In this document: piece after piece, positions 1 to 11,198 of the stretch
How positions within the stretch are numbered: the first letter of the stretch is position 1
How the letters are laid out: each line of letters starts with the position of its first letter
Source: an uncultured delta proteobacterium
GTDB lineage: Bacteria; Desulfobacterota; Desulfobacteria; Desulfobacterales; JAHEIW01
Length of the DNA stretch: 64,000 bases
Reading direction: 5' to 3'
NCBI GenBank assembly: GCA_963706575.1
Contig: CAVPNL010000018.1
Location: 128,001 to 192,000 of the forward strand
The notes under the pieces: model-generated
Told to the model about the DNA's origin: nothing
Databases searched by the model: none
Seen by the model: the letters and a program-made list of their open reading frames with translations, nothing else
Translations under genes and position numbers: made by a program

Positions 1-546
1 AGCCGCCAGTCGGTCTGCCCTGCGGGCCTCGAGCAGCCTGGCGGTCTTTGAACGCTTTACATAATTGCCGACATGCTTGAAAATATGAACCTGCGCGGGG
101 GTTAAATCATGATTATTGATAAATTTTTTTATCAACTTTTTGTGTTCCTTGCCAAACCGGCCGTATTTGACATCGAGCTCCTTTTCAGCGCGTCGCACCA
201 TATAAGTCACATTCGGATTAACGGATTTCAAAGGCAGGCGCAATCGGTAATAACTGTCGCGGGGGTGCATTTCAATAGCGGTAGCCGGCAACCAGATGTC
301 AGCCGCAATCAGCGCGACCGTGGATGGATCAAAACGTTCACATGCAGATGCATAAGCTCCGGGGGTGTCATCGGAAGGCACCCCCAGCGGATAACCGATG
401 AAAATCAGATGGGTTTTACGGATATAACACAGGTAATTGCCGTGAAGACGGCGTCGGGCACCCGATATACTCTCCACATACCCGGGAAGATGCTCGGGCA
501 AATAAGCATGTTGATAAATTCGGCTGCTGTCTTCACTATTGAGCAT
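1..546 (-). CDS. Hypothetical protein, truncated by window start; possible GNAT/FemAB-like fold
   Basis: Not in the ORF track. Manual translation gives an open frame from ATG at 546 (MLNSEDSSRIYQHAYLPEHLPGYVES...) to the edge, overlapping the stop of the 536..1168 gene by 11 nt. The fold guess is weak. Confidence 0.7.
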   Translation of the reverse strand, partial: MLNSEDSSRIYQHAYLPEHLPGYVESISGARRRLHGNYLCYIRKTHLIFIGYPLGVPSDDTPGAYASACERFDPSTVALIAADIWLPATAIEMHPRDSYYRLRLPLKSVNPNVTYMVRRAEKELDVKYGRFGKEHKKLIKKFINNHDLTPAQVHIFKHVGNYVKRSKTARLLEARRADRLAA

Positions 547-1168
547 TTTGCGACTGTAATCGCGGATTAAATATTTTTTCAGTGATTTTAAGCCTGGTAT
601 TTCGCAGGGCGGCATTCATTCTTTCAAGGGTGGGGGTATCGGCATTGTCCCCCAGGGTGTTGTGGGCGGCTCGCCCCACCCTTTCTTCGGCTTCTTGCAG
701 CCGCTCAAAAAAATCAGACAATCGCTGCGGTTTTCGATAAGCATTGAATACCAGCGAATCGTAATCGTCGCCCTCACTGTTCAGCAGCCGGCCGTAATGA
801 TCAACGAGCAGATCGATTTCTTTCAATTGTTCCTGGCGGATTTCAGCGGAATAAATTCCGCCGGGAATCGTGGCAATCATTTCTCGGGTTTTTGATCGAA
901 TCTGCTCCATTTCGGTTTCCCGCGTGTGGTCCTTTTTGAACATATCAAATGCAGCTTGCAATGCCATTTTTTTGGTAAACAATACATTCTGGGCAAAGAC
1001 CTCCCGTTGTTCCTTGGATCTCATGTAGCCGAAGATGAAAAGAATTGGAATCAGTACCTCCCAGACGGAAAACGGTTTCGGTTGGATGACCGCCAGCGCC
1101 ACGGAGCGCGCCATCGCTGTTTCGTGAGACAGAATCATGTCGTATTTTTTTTTAAAATTGCCTATCAC
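536..1168 (-). CDS. Uncharacterised protein, paralog of 1186..1767
   Basis: 210-aa ORF with motif KYDxIxxxExxxARxVxLxVI...P.S.W..LIP..FIF shared with its neighbour. Confidence 0.8.
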   Translation of the reverse strand: MIGNFKKKYDMILSHETAMARSVALAVIQPKPFSVWEVLIPILFIFGYMRSKEQREVFAQNVLFTKKMALQAAFDMFKKDHTRETEMEQIRSKTREMIATIPGGIYSAEIRQEQLKEIDLLVDHYGRLLNSEGDDYDSLVFNAYRKPQRLSDFFERLQEAEERVGRAAHNTLGDNADTPTLERMNAALRNTRLKITEKIFNPRLQSQNAQ

Positions 1169-1185
1169 CGGTTGTCTTTATATTC

Positions 1186-1767
1186 CTAATAGATATCTTC
1201 TAAAATTTTTTGACGCCGCTTTTGCACCTCCCGGGCTTCGAGCTGCAATTTTTCTTTAACAGCCGGATCGTCGCTGACTTTGGCCAAAATCGCCTGATCG
1301 ACTTTATTTTCTGCCGCGGCAATTTGCTGCAAGTGGGTATCAAAATTTTCGCGGGATGAATACGCATGCTGAATTAAATCATAGTAACTCTGGCCTTCGG
1401 CGTGCAAAAGTTTGACATAATGATCAGCCAGCAAACCGACGGTTTCTTTTTGGGCCAGTACCAGGTCCTGGGAATCAAGCCGATGCGTGATCAGCCAGTT
1501 TTTAATCTCGGTTTCAAGATGCGCATCAATGGCTGCCCGGGTTTGGCCAGCTGCAAGGCTCCGCGCACCCTCCAGGGCAAGCTTTCGCGGAAACAGAAAA
1601 GTCTCGGTGAACTTTCGAATGGTGCTGCCACGGCGCAGAAAGTCGAAGATAAACATCCCGGGGATCAGATATTGCCATGCCGACGGAGGTCTCAGATAGA
1701 TGACTCCCAGAGTGACTTCCCGGGCAAACTGCTGTTCGGCAGCTATGATGATATCGTATTTGTCCAT
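1186..1767 (-). CDS. Uncharacterised protein, paralog of 536..1168
   Basis: Start moved to MDKYDII (1767) by alignment with the paralog. Confidence 0.8.
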   Translation of the reverse strand: MDKYDIIIAAEQQFAREVTLGVIYLRPPSAWQYLIPGMFIFDFLRRGSTIRKFTETFLFPRKLALEGARSLAAGQTRAAIDAHLETEIKNWLITHRLDSQDLVLAQKETVGLLADHYVKLLHAEGQSYYDLIQHAYSSRENFDTHLQQIAAAENKVDQAILAKVSDDPAVKEKLQLEAREVQKRRQKILEDIY

Positions 1768-1819
1768 GTTCGATGACCTATCGGGCCCACATATCACTAA
1801 AAGTGTTTTCATCTGTAAT

Positions 1820-1850
1820 AAAAGGCGTCCCCGAGGGAGACGCCTTTTAT
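1820..1850. terminator. Intrinsic terminator downstream of the yeiH-like gene
   Basis: AAAAGGCGTC-ccCGAGgga-GACGCCTTTT hairpin with A/T tracts on both sides. Confidence 0.75.
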
Positions 1851-1890
1851 TTTCTGAGATAATAACAATTCAAGATATGATCTCAAGAAA

Positions 1891-3245
1891 TCAATCTGCC
1901 GGAATCACCGGAGCAAAGAACGCTCCTGACCACAGGATCCAGGTAATGAAAAATGTCCAGATGGCATTGGCAGTCTGGGATATCCAGTAAGCCGCTGCGG
2001 GTCTGCCGCCTCCGACGGAAATCAGTTCTTTAAAGTTGGTTTCCAGACCGATGGATACGAAACACAGGGCAAAAAACCAGTTTCGATAGACCTTGGTGGC
2101 CTTGCCGACGGCCTTGACCGCTTTGAGCCCCGAAACCGGTTCAACCAAAACCGAAACAACGATAGAGGCCACAATAAAGCCGACCACAAACTTGGGAAAA
2201 CGATACCAGATTTCCATAAAGGAAGGTCTTCTCGGCGGTGCACCGGCCTCTCTGCGATCCAACGTCATGGTTGACCACAGGGCCATCAAAAAGGCCGCCA
2301 CGCCGATCAGAACGTTTTGTGCCATCTTGACCATGGCGGCGACTTTGTACGCGGCATCACCACCGATGATCCCGCCGGCAGCCACCACGGCCCCGGTGTT
2401 GTCGATAACCCCGCCGACCCAGGCACCGGCCCAGTTGTTGGGCAGATTCCATCCATTTGGCGATCGGCGGCATAATCAGGATCAGGACCACCGCACACAC
2501 CAGCACCCAGGCCACCATGTAACTGACTTCCTTTCTTGTCGCCCTGGATCGCACCGCCGGCGGCAATGGTGGCCGACACGCCGCAGATGGCATTGGCCGA
2601 AGCGATAATGGCGCTGAAGCGCTCGGACACCTGAAACTTGCGGCAAATCCAGTAGGTCATGAACCAGACCGCCGTGGCCACCAGTACAGCCTGGACCAGA
2701 CCCATGAAGCCGCCCCGGAGGACATCCGAGAACAGGATACCCGCGCCCATGCACACCAGTCCGATCTTAATGAAGTATTCCGTCTGTCCGGCAGCTCTCA
2801 AAAACTGGGGCACCTTGAAAATATTGCTGATGATCAGACCAAAAATGAGCGCAAAGATAACGTACTCGATGCCCCATTTTTTCAAAAAATGCCTGTTTGG
2901 ATAAAATCATCGAAATCAAACGCCAGAAAGAAAATCACCACAAAACCGGGGATGTACCGCTTTAGATCGAATTTCATGAAGATGCCGCCGATCATGGTGA
3001 TGACCGCCATAAAGACAAAGAGCCAATGGCTCTGCCAGAGGGTGACCATGCCTTTGGGAAAAGCGGCCCCCAAAGCTGGTCCATTTGGCGATTTTGGGAC
3101 CCGCGGGCAACAGCCCGACGACCCATTTGCCGGCTTCGATTTCTTTCAGACCAATAATGGCTAAAAGGATAATAAACCAGCCTAAAAAACATGCCCACCA
3201 GTCTTCACTTTGCCAGACCGGCGGTCTTTGATTTCCGTTGCTCAT
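1891..3245 (-). CDS. YeiH-family putative sulfate exporter, reading frame broken by about 5 single-base insertions
   Basis: Fragments SEDWWA, ICGVSATIAA, VKMAQNVLIG and RFPKFVVGF are typical of YeiH. One frame is restored by deleting single bases in homopolymers near 3070, 2918, 2886, 2533 and 2450. Confidence 0.8.
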
Positions 3246-3816
3246 TTCATCTGCCTCCTTCCTCTTCGGTTGGTTAAGTGGCAAACAAACATTCCCAACT
3301 GAGTACCCTTACGATTCAACAATTAATCATCCTTAATTGACTCATCTTGAAAATGTCCAGAGCTTCACCTCCTTTCAACCCCATAATTTCAGCGATAGAA
3401 TCGCTTTCATCTGTCCTTCTCCTTACACCCAACGTGCTGGTATAAAAAAGTACTCTATAAATTATAAAAAGCATTCTATAAATGCAAGGAAAATTATCTT
3501 TTGAAGGTTCTGGGGGATTTAGCCGAAAATCTCCTGATGGAACTTGAATTTATGATTATTGAATAATTTCAATAACTAATGTTTAATTTGCTGCCACGTA
3601 TATCTTCGCCAAAGGTCAAAGAAGTATTTATTTGGGTATGAAATCAGCAAGTTCAATCCTATTCGATATATCCTTGACACTTGACCGCCTCTCGCCTATT
3701 ATCGCTGCCCAAAAATTCAAATCATTTGAATGTTTAAAAGCGTTTAGAACCCGCAATGACCCCGCGTTTTTTTGAAAAGGACATGGGGACAGGGGGGGTG
3801 AAAGGAGTTTGACACG

Positions 3817-4809
3817 ATGCTGCTATATGTTGCGGTTTGCCTGGTGGGTTTTGTGCTGCTTTACTTCGGGGCGGAATGGCTTGTCAAAGGTTCCTCCAGC
3901 CTGGCGCGAAGTCTGGGTGTGACACCGATTGTTATTGGGCTTACGGTGGTGGCTTTTGGGACTTCGGCCCCCGAGCTGGTGGTGAGTCTGATCTCGTCTA
4001 TTAAGGGCAAAAGCATGATCGCCGTCGGTAATGTGGTGGGCAGCAATATCTGTAACATTGCCCTGGTTCTGGGGTTGTCGGCCCTGTTTAATCCCATAAA
4101 AAGCGACCCCTCCGTCATCCGGCGCGATATACCGATCATGCTGGGAGTCTCACTTTACTTATTGGTCCTCTCTTTAAATAGCACCCTGGGCCGAATCGAA
4201 GGCGCCACGCTTTTTGCCGGCATTATCGCCTACACCTTTATCAATTACTATCTGGCCAAAAAAGAAACCCTGGATACGGGCGATGCGGGCGATGGTGATA
4301 TGGCAGCGGCGATCACATCTGAATTGGAAGAAATCGGTTATATTGCTTCCAGATCCAAACAGGTTTTGCTGGTGGTCGTCGGAATTGTCGGTGTGGTGGG
4401 CGGTGCGCAGATGGTGGTGGAAAGCGCCGTTTTTATTATGACGGAATTGGGGGTCAGTGAAAAATTTATCGGCCTGACCATCGTCGCCTTCGGCACTTCC
4501 CTGCCGGAGCTGGCCACATCGGTGGTTGCCGCCATGCGCGGCGAAATGGATATCAGCATCGGCAACCTGGTGGGCAGCAACGTCTTCAACATCATGAGCG
4601 TTCTGGGTGCGGCTTCTCTGGTTCGACCGATTCCGATTCCCGGCGGGTTTTTTGCGAGCGGATTGTGGATCGATTACCTGGTCATGCTGTTTACCAGTTT
4701 TCTGCCCTGGCTGTTGATGCGCAAAACCTATACCGTCGATCGCAAGGGCGGCGCCCTGCTTTTAGTCTGCTATGTGGGGTATTTGGTGTACCTAATCATC
4801 AAAGCCTAA
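3817..4809 (+). CDS. Calcium/sodium antiporter (CaCA, YrbG-like)
   Basis: Two alpha repeats: GTSAPE...GNVVGSN and GTSLPE...GNLVGSN. Confidence 0.92.
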   Translation: MLLYVAVCLVGFVLLYFGAEWLVKGSSSLARSLGVTPIVIGLTVVAFGTSAPELVVSLISSIKGKSMIAVGNVVGSNICNIALVLGLSALFNPIKSDPSVIRRDIPIMLGVSLYLLVLSLNSTLGRIEGATLFAGIIAYTFINYYLAKKETLDTGDAGDGDMAAAITSELEEIGYIASRSKQVLLVVVGIVGVVGGAQMVVESAVFIMTELGVSEKFIGLTIVAFGTSLPELATSVVAAMRGEMDISIGNLVGSNVFNIMSVLGAASLVRPIPIPGGFFASGLWIDYLVMLFTSFLPWLLMRKTYTVDRKGGALLLVCYVGYLVYLIIKA

Positions 4810-4849
4810 CGAAGGTCTCAGTGTGTCGGGCTTTAGGTGTTGGTAAATC

Positions 4850-4950
4850 ATTGGTTTGTTTTATTGGTTTGATTGGTTTAATTTGTTCAATTGGTTCGGT
4901 TAGACCAACCAATTCAACCAATAAAACTAATGAAACCAATCCAACAATTA
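4850..4950. repeat. Inverted 9-mer tandem-repeat shell (ATTGGTTYA / TRAACCAAT family)
   Basis: ttgattggtttaatttgttcaattggtt followed by aaccaattcaaccaataaaactaatgaaaccaat. Confidence 0.8.
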
Positions 4951-4978
4951 GTATTACCGAACACTTGAACCTTGGACT

Positions 4979-5958
4979 CTATGATCCAATTTCACGAATT
5001 CTTTGAATAAGTGCCGCCATATCCTCCGGCAGCGGCGACTCAAAGGAAACCGCTTCGCCGGTGTGCGGATGGCGAACCCCAGCCGCCAGGCATGCAGCAT
5101 CTGGCGCTTAACCGATTTTAATATCTGCAGGATCTTATCGGATTTCTGATGGTCTCCGGCAATTGTTTTTTCCGGGTTGCGGGGCCCATAAACTTTATCC
5201 CCTACAATGGGATGATGCAAGGCGCTGCAGTGAACCCGAATCTGGTGGGTCCGCCCGGTCTTCAAATGAACTTCCAGCAGCGCAAACCCTTGAAATTGCT
5301 CTTTGATATTCCATTGCGTTTCTGCTGATCGGCCCCTGGGGCTGACGGTGGACATGCGTTTGCGATCAACCGGATGCCGGCCGATGGGCAGCTTAATGCT
5401 TCCGGTCGGTGATTTCATATGACCGTGAACCAGTGCCAGGTAATCTTTTTTAACTTTGCGGGATTTAAATTGCCGGGATAAATTCGTGTGCGCAGCGTCG
5501 TTTTTGGCAACCACCAGAGTGCCCGAAGTATCTTTATCTAATCGATGCACGATGCCCGGCCGCAGTTCACCGCCGATTCCGCCAAGATTCGGACAATGAT
5601 AAAGCAGGCCGTTGACCAGCGTACCGCTAAAATGCCCCGGCGCCGGATGCACGACCAGCCCCGGCTGTTTGTTCACCACAACGATGTGGCCGTCTTCATA
5701 TACAATATTTAGCGGAATGGGCTCGGGTTTGAATTCGACGGGAACCGGCAATGGAATGGCGCCTGAAATATTTTCGCCGGATTTTACCCGATAACCGGGT
5801 TTTTTGGGGCGGCCATCCACCCGGACGTGTTCAGCGGCAATCAGGCCGGCCACAAATGTTCGCGTACAATCGGAAAGCAGCGAGGCCAACAGCACATCCA
5901 GCCTTTGGCCTTCATCGGATGATCTGACGCGAATGCTAAATACACTGTCGGCAGGCAT
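4979..5958 (-). CDS. rluD: RluA/RluD-family pseudouridine synthase with a 1-nt deletion near 5071
   Basis: S4 domain, HRLDKDTSG and GRTHQIRVH. Adding one C restores the usual C-terminus HAWRLGFAHPHTGE...PLPEDM, ending at TAG 4979-4981. Confidence 0.88.
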
Positions 5959-5981
5959 GGATATGAACAATGAAAGGCGGG

Positions 5982-6536
5982 TTAGTTTTCGGCTTCTTGC
6001 GAAACAAAAAGCGATTCGATCTCGGTCAGTACAGCGTCTTCGTCGATTTTTTTGGCCGTCGAGAGTTCTCTGACTAAAAGAATCTGAGCGGTATCATAGA
6101 GCTTGCGCTCTCCGAACGATAGATCTTTGGTCAGTTTCAGCAGGAAAAGGTCCCTGAAAACTTCGGCGACATCATAAAGCGAGCCGGTTTTAATTTTATC
6201 CATATACTCGCGGTAACGGCGATTCCAGGTCTGATTGTCGGTGTTCGCTTCTTTCTTGGATTGCATCACCGCATAAACCTTGGCTACCTCTTTTTTAGGA
6301 ATAACGTCCCTCAGTCCGACGGATTCAACATTGTTGGTCGGAATCATGATGGTCATGCCGTTTTCAATGACCTTCATGATATAAAAATCGTGCTTTTCCC
6401 CGCTGATGGAACGGCTTTCAATCGCAATGATCTCTCCGACGCCATGGGCCGGATAGACGGCAAGATCCCCCACTTGGAACGTGCGTATCTTTGATTTCTT
6501 GGTTTTTACGCTGTCCTTGGCCTTTTTTTCTGTCAT
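5982..6536 (-). CDS. carD: CarD-family transcriptional regulator
   Basis: FQVGDLAVYPAHGVG, WNRRYREY and LSFGERKLY motifs. Confidence 0.92.
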   Translation of the reverse strand: MTEKKAKDSVKTKKSKIRTFQVGDLAVYPAHGVGEIIAIESRSISGEKHDFYIMKVIENGMTIMIPTNNVESVGLRDVIPKKEVAKVYAVMQSKKEANTDNQTWNRRYREYMDKIKTGSLYDVAEVFRDLFLLKLTKDLSFGERKLYDTAQILLVRELSTAKKIDEDAVLTEIESLFVSQEAEN

Positions 6537-6630
6537 TTCACCACCGGTAACCGCTAAATTATTAAAAACTATCTAAAAATAAACCATTTCTAATTAATTT
6601 CATAACATACCTTTGGTTAACAATCAACAG

Positions 6631-6664
6631 AAAAGGGTTGACGCCGACTGGCGCCAACCCTTTC
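6631..6664 (-). terminator. Intrinsic terminator after hppA
   Basis: AAAGGGTTG...CAACCCTTT hairpin followed by a T tract on the minus strand. Confidence 0.7.
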
Positions 6665-6693
6665 AGTCTAATTAACGAGTAACGTTCAAGCGC

Positions 6694-8729
6694 TTACATC
6701 AAGAACGGTACCAGCAGTAAGGCAACAACATTGAGGATCTTAATCATCGGGTTAACGGCAGGTCCGGCGGTATCCTTGTAAGGATCGCCGACGGTATCAC
6801 CGGTAACCGCCGCATGGTGCGCATCGCTGCCTTTGCCGCCCAGGTGGCCGTCCTCGATGTATTTTTTGGCATTGTCCCAGGCTGCTCCACCGGTGGTCAT
6901 GGAAATGGCAACAAAGACGCCGGTAATAATACTGCCGATCAGCAGACCGCCCAGCGCAATTTTGCCCAGCAGAAATCCGACCAGCACCGGTGCGATAACC
7001 GGCAGCAGGGCCGGAATCAGCATTTCTTTTAAGGCGAACTTGGTGACGATGTCGACGCATGCGCCGTAATCCGGTTTGGCAGTGCCTTCCATAATTCCGG
7101 GAATTTCACGGAACTGACGTCTGACCTCATCCACGACGGCCCCGCCGGCTTTGCCCACGGCTTTCATGGCAATCGAGGCAAACAAGATACGGCAAGAAGT
7201 CCGCCGATAAACAGGCCGATGATCACCTTGACATTGCTCAGGTCAAAACTCAACTCCTCGCCCCCGCCATGCAGGGCAAATTCCTGGGTGTAGGCCGCAA
7301 AAAGCACCAGGGCGGCCAGACCGGCAGAACCGATGGCATAACCTTTGGTGACGGCCTTGGTGGTGTTTCCGACCGCATCCAGCGGATCGGTTACGGCACG
7401 GACGCTTTCATCCATTTCCGCCATTTCAGCAATGCCGCCGGCGTTGTCGGTAATCGGACCGTAGGCATCGATGGCAATCACCATCCCGGTCATCGAGAGC
7501 ATGGACATGGCCGCCATGGCGATGCCGTAAAGCCCGGCAAAATAATGGGCAATACCGATAGCGGCACAGATGGCCAGCACCGGCGCAGCAGTGGACTGCA
7601 TGCTGACACCGAGTCCGGCAATAATATTGGTGCCGTGTCCGGTCGTCGATGCATTGGCCACAGATTTTACCGGTCCGTAAATCCCGGTGTAGTATTCCGT
7701 GATGATAACGATCAAAACGGTGAGCACCAGACCGACCAGGGTGGAATAATAAATCGACAGCATTGAAATTTCAGGAATTCCGCCCATCAACTGCCGGGTG
7801 GCAAAATAAAAGGCAATCGCCGCCAGGATGGCAGAGCCGAACATGCCTTTGTAAAGGGCACCCATGATATACTCGCTTTTGCCCAGTCTGACAAAGAAAA
7901 CGGCGATCATGGAGGCAACGATTGAAATGGCGCCCAGCACCAGCGGAAATTCAGTAGCGATGCCAATCTGCGGAAAAATCAGGTTTCCCAGAAGCATGGC
8001 CGCAACCGCGGTGACGGCATAGGTTTCAAAAAGGTCGGCCGCCATACCGGCACAGTCGCCCACATTATCGCCGACATTATCGGCAATGGTCGCCGGGTTT
8101 CTGGGGTCGTCTTCGGGAATACCGGCTTCGACCTTGCCGACCAGGTCGGCCCCGACATCCGCCCCTTTGGTAAAGATGCCGCCGCCGAGACGGGCAAAGA
8201 TAGAGATAAGGCTTCCGCCAAAACCGAGGGCCACCAGCGCAATGACCGCCTCCCGGCTCGCAGTACCCATCGAAATTAAAATCGTATAGTAGCCGGCAAC
8301 AGCTGTAAGCGCCAGGCCGGCGACGATCATCCCGGTTACCGAACCGCCCTTAAAGGCCATGGACAGGCCTTTGGCCAGGCCCCCTTTGGCCGCTTCTGCG
8401 GTGCGCACGTTGGCCAGGACGGAGACGCGCATGCCGATATATCCCGCCAGAAAAGAGGCGACGGCTCCGACCAAGAAACCGATTGCGGTTTTGACCCCCA
8501 GCGTAAAAATAATGATCGCAAAAATTATGATACCGGCAATCCCCATGCTCTTCAGCTGCCGATTCAGATAGGCAATGGCGCCTTCCTTGATGGCATTCGC
8601 AATTTCCTGCATCTTTTCATTGCCGGCCGGTGCGCCTTTAACAACAACCGCAATGATGATGGCAAACAGCACACCTGCAGCACCAACCAGTGTACAAATC
8701 AACGGTAAGTAATTCATCCTCTCCTCCAT
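6694..8729 (-). CDS. hppA: Membrane-bound pyrophosphatase, predicted K+-independent H+-PPase; frameshifted near 7185-7195
   Basis: [26 protein letters not shown] (Lys type) and [10 protein letters not shown]. Two extra T residues split GGLLPYLFASIAM. Confidence 0.9.
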
Positions 8730-8758
8730 TTGAAATGTTAACGTTTCACTCTAGATTA

Positions 8759-9340
8759 TCATTCTTTTTTGTTAAACCGATTCATTCCCACCTTGCTACC
8801 TTCCGCCAGAATCGTTACTACCGCATCCCGAGCCCCAGTTAAAACCGAGTCCAATTGCTTCGATTCATCATCAAAGAAGGGTCCCAGAACGTGATCTGAA
8901 ACACTGCCTTCTTCCTCGGAACGCCCGATGCCGATGCGCAGACGCACAAATTCGTCTTCGCCAATGGCATTCATGATCGATTGTAGACCCTTGTGTCCTC
9001 CATGTCCTCCTTTCTCTTTTATTTTTAACCTTCCGAAAGCAAGATCGATGTCGTCGTGAACAACCATCAGATCCTTGCTATTTATTTTAAAATATGCGGC
9101 CAGTTTCTGCACCGGCCACCCGCTGCGGTTCATAAAAGCCATGGGTTTGGCCAGCATGACCTCATGGCCCGCGATCGTACCGCGGCCGTAGCGCACGTCA
9201 AACTTGTTTTTATTAACCAAAATGCCGAATTCACCGGCGAGCTTATCCACCACCATAAAACCGGCATTGTGGCGTGTGTTTTCATATTGGGACCCAGGGT
9301 TCCCGAGCCCGACAATCAGACGCATACGCTTTTGTGGCAA
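8759..9340 (-). CDS. pth: Peptidyl-tRNA hydrolase
   Basis: LIVGLGNPG, TRHNAGF, HDDID and GGHGGH. Confidence 0.96.
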   Translation of the reverse strand: MPQKRMRLIVGLGNPGSQYENTRHNAGFMVVDKLAGEFGILVNKNKFDVRYGRGTIAGHEVMLAKPMAFMNRSGWPVQKLAAYFKINSKDLMVVHDDIDLAFGRLKIKEKGGHGGHKGLQSIMNAIGEDEFVRLRIGIGRSEEEGSVSDHVLGPFFDDESKQLDSVLTGARDAVVTILAEGSKVGMNRFNKKE

Positions 9341-9352
9341 ACGGTTTGTATC

Positions 9353-10036
9353 CTAATCCGCTTTTGTTTCTTCCGAAGGGGTTTCTTCGGCAGCCGCTTC
9401 TCCTTCAGCGCCTTCCTCTTCAGCCGCCTCTTCACCTTCTTCGAGTTCCTCTTCCTCTACGGGCTCTTCTTCGACCTTCGGCGCCAGCACCGTTATGACC
9501 GTGAAATCGATATCCTCAGGCAATTCGACGTCGCCGGGTAATGCAATTTCCTGGACATGAATTGAATCCCCGATCGTAAGATCGCTAATATCCACCTCGA
9601 TTGATTCCGGAATGGCTGTCGGCAGGCAAAACAGTTCAATTTCTCTGCGGACGATCTGCAGCAGCCCGCCTTCTTCAACGCCTGCGGATTTGCCCCGGGT
9701 AACCACCGGAACGCTAACCGTTATCTTGCTCTTCATATCGATCTCATAAAAATCGATGTGAAGAAATGCGCCGCTCACCGGATTGGTTTGCAATTCCTTG
9801 ATCATGGCCGGCCGGGTAAAGGTTTTGCCGTTTTGAATCTGTAGATTCAACAAAACAGAGCCGATGTTTGCTTTTTTGACAATTTGTTCGAACTCTTTGA
9901 AATCGATCGAAAGCATCATCGAGTCTGTTTTCTGTCCGTAAAGGACCGCCGGAATCCGCCCCTCGCGGCGCAGTACCCTGGCCGGACCCTTTCCGGTCGT
10001 TTTTCTGACCTGTGCTTTTAAGTCAATTTGTTCCAA
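9353..10036 (-). CDS. rplY: 50S ribosomal protein L25/Ctc
   Basis: LRREGRIPAVLYG, HIDF and an acidic tail; prs-rplY-pth synteny. Confidence 0.95.
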   Translation of the reverse strand: MEQIDLKAQVRKTTGKGPARVLRREGRIPAVLYGQKTDSMMLSIDFKEFEQIVKKANIGSVLLNLQIQNGKTFTRPAMIKELQTNPVSGAFLHIDFYEIDMKSKITVSVPVVTRGKSAGVEEGGLLQIVRREIELFCLPTAIPESIEVDISDLTIGDSIHVQEIALPGDVELPEDIDFTVITVLAPKVEEEPVEEEELEEGEEAAEEEGAEGEAAAEETPSEETKAD

Positions 10037-10088
10037 TGAATTATCCTCCTTACATTATCCGCCCAAACTGACGCATAAAGATAAATAA

Positions 10089-10168
10089 ATCACGAAAGTA
10101 CGAAAGGATAAAAACACGAAAAAAAAATAAAACAAATTTCGTGTTTTCTAAATTTCGTGTTTTCGTGA
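10089..10168. repeat. Inverted tandem-repeat shell (CACGAAA / TTTCGTG)
   Basis: cacgaaagtacgaaa...aacacgaaa versus tttcgtgtt...tttcgtgttttcgtga. Confidence 0.75.
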
Positions 10169-10213
10169 TGAAAAAAGTTTTTTCATAAAATTCAAAAAAA
10201 CACAATTAAATCG

Positions 10214-11152
10214 TTAAACAAACAAAGAGGTTACCGAATCGCCCCGATAACTGCGGATAATGGCCTCACCCACCAACTCTGCAATCGAAATAACAACAAT
10301 TTTGCCACAGGCTACGGCTTCTTTCGTTAATGGAATGGTGTCGGTAACCACCATACTTTTCATTTCTGAATCCTTAATTCGCTCAATTGCCGGTCCGGAA
10401 AGAACTGCATGGGCACAGCAGGCATGAATTTCTCTGGCACCCTCTTCTTTAAGGGCATGGACCGCCTCGGTCAACGTACCGGCGGTGTCGACCATGTCAT
10501 CGAGGATGACGGCGATCTTGTCATTCACATCGCCGATGACCGCCATCGCCTTGGCCTGGTTGGGGGCGGATCGGCGTTTGTCGATAATTGCCAGATCAGC
10601 ATCCAGCCGTTTTGCAAACGCCCGGGCCCTTTCAACCCCGCCGGCGTCCGGCGAAACAATAACAAGACCATCATTAAATTTGTCTCTGATGTGCTCGATT
10701 AACAACGGTGCGGCAAAAATATTGTCAACCGGAATATCAAAAAAGCCCTGAATTTGGCCGGCATGCAGATCCATGGTAATCACTCGATTCGCACCGGCAA
10801 CTGTGAGCATATCTGCAACCAGTTTGGCGCTAATCGGAACCCGGGGAGCAACCTTTTTATCCTGTCGGGCATAGCCGAAATAGGGCACGACCGCAGTCAC
10901 TCTTTGCGCCGAAGACCGTTTAAATGCATCGATCATTAATAACAGCTCAACCAGGTGATCGTTGACCGGTGAGCAGGTGGATTGGATCACATAGACATCC
11001 TTTGATCGAACGTTTTCATCGATTTCAATCTGTATCTCACCGTCGCTGAAGGTTTTTACCTGAGCATTACCCAGAGACAGGTTAAGATATTCGCAGATCT
11101 TATCCGCCAGGGCAGGATTCGAATTTCCTGAAAAGATTGAAATACCTTCCAT
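10214..11152 (-). CDS. prs: Ribose-phosphate pyrophosphokinase
   Basis: [24 protein letters not shown] and DDMVDTAGT. Confidence 0.97.
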   Translation of the reverse strand: MEGISIFSGNSNPALADKICEYLNLSLGNAQVKTFSDGEIQIEIDENVRSKDVYVIQSTCSPVNDHLVELLLMIDAFKRSSAQRVTAVVPYFGYARQDKKVAPRVPISAKLVADMLTVAGANRVITMDLHAGQIQGFFDIPVDNIFAAPLLIEHIRDKFNDGLVIVSPDAGGVERARAFAKRLDADLAIIDKRRSAPNQAKAMAVIGDVNDKIAVILDDMVDTAGTLTEAVHALKEEGAREIHACCAHAVLSGPAIERIKDSEMKSMVVTDTIPLTKEAVACGKIVVISIAELVGEAIIRSYRGDSVTSLFV

Positions 11153-11198
11153 TTAGCCCACCGTTTTCAAGGGGTAATCTTTTTGGGGCAATTAATTT

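Noticed and set aside
109..570. 153-aa plus-strand ORF and the many other antisense ORFs in the track
   Set aside because: Shadows of real genes on the opposite strand, with no recognisable motifs
1891..3245. yeiH-like gene as a true pseudogene or programmed frameshift
   Set aside because: All lesions are +1 extensions of short base runs, with no nonsense codons or slippery-site structure; better explained as sequencing error
6694..8729. Naturally split two-subunit pyrophosphatase
   Set aside because: Removing two T residues restores the conserved continuous sequence
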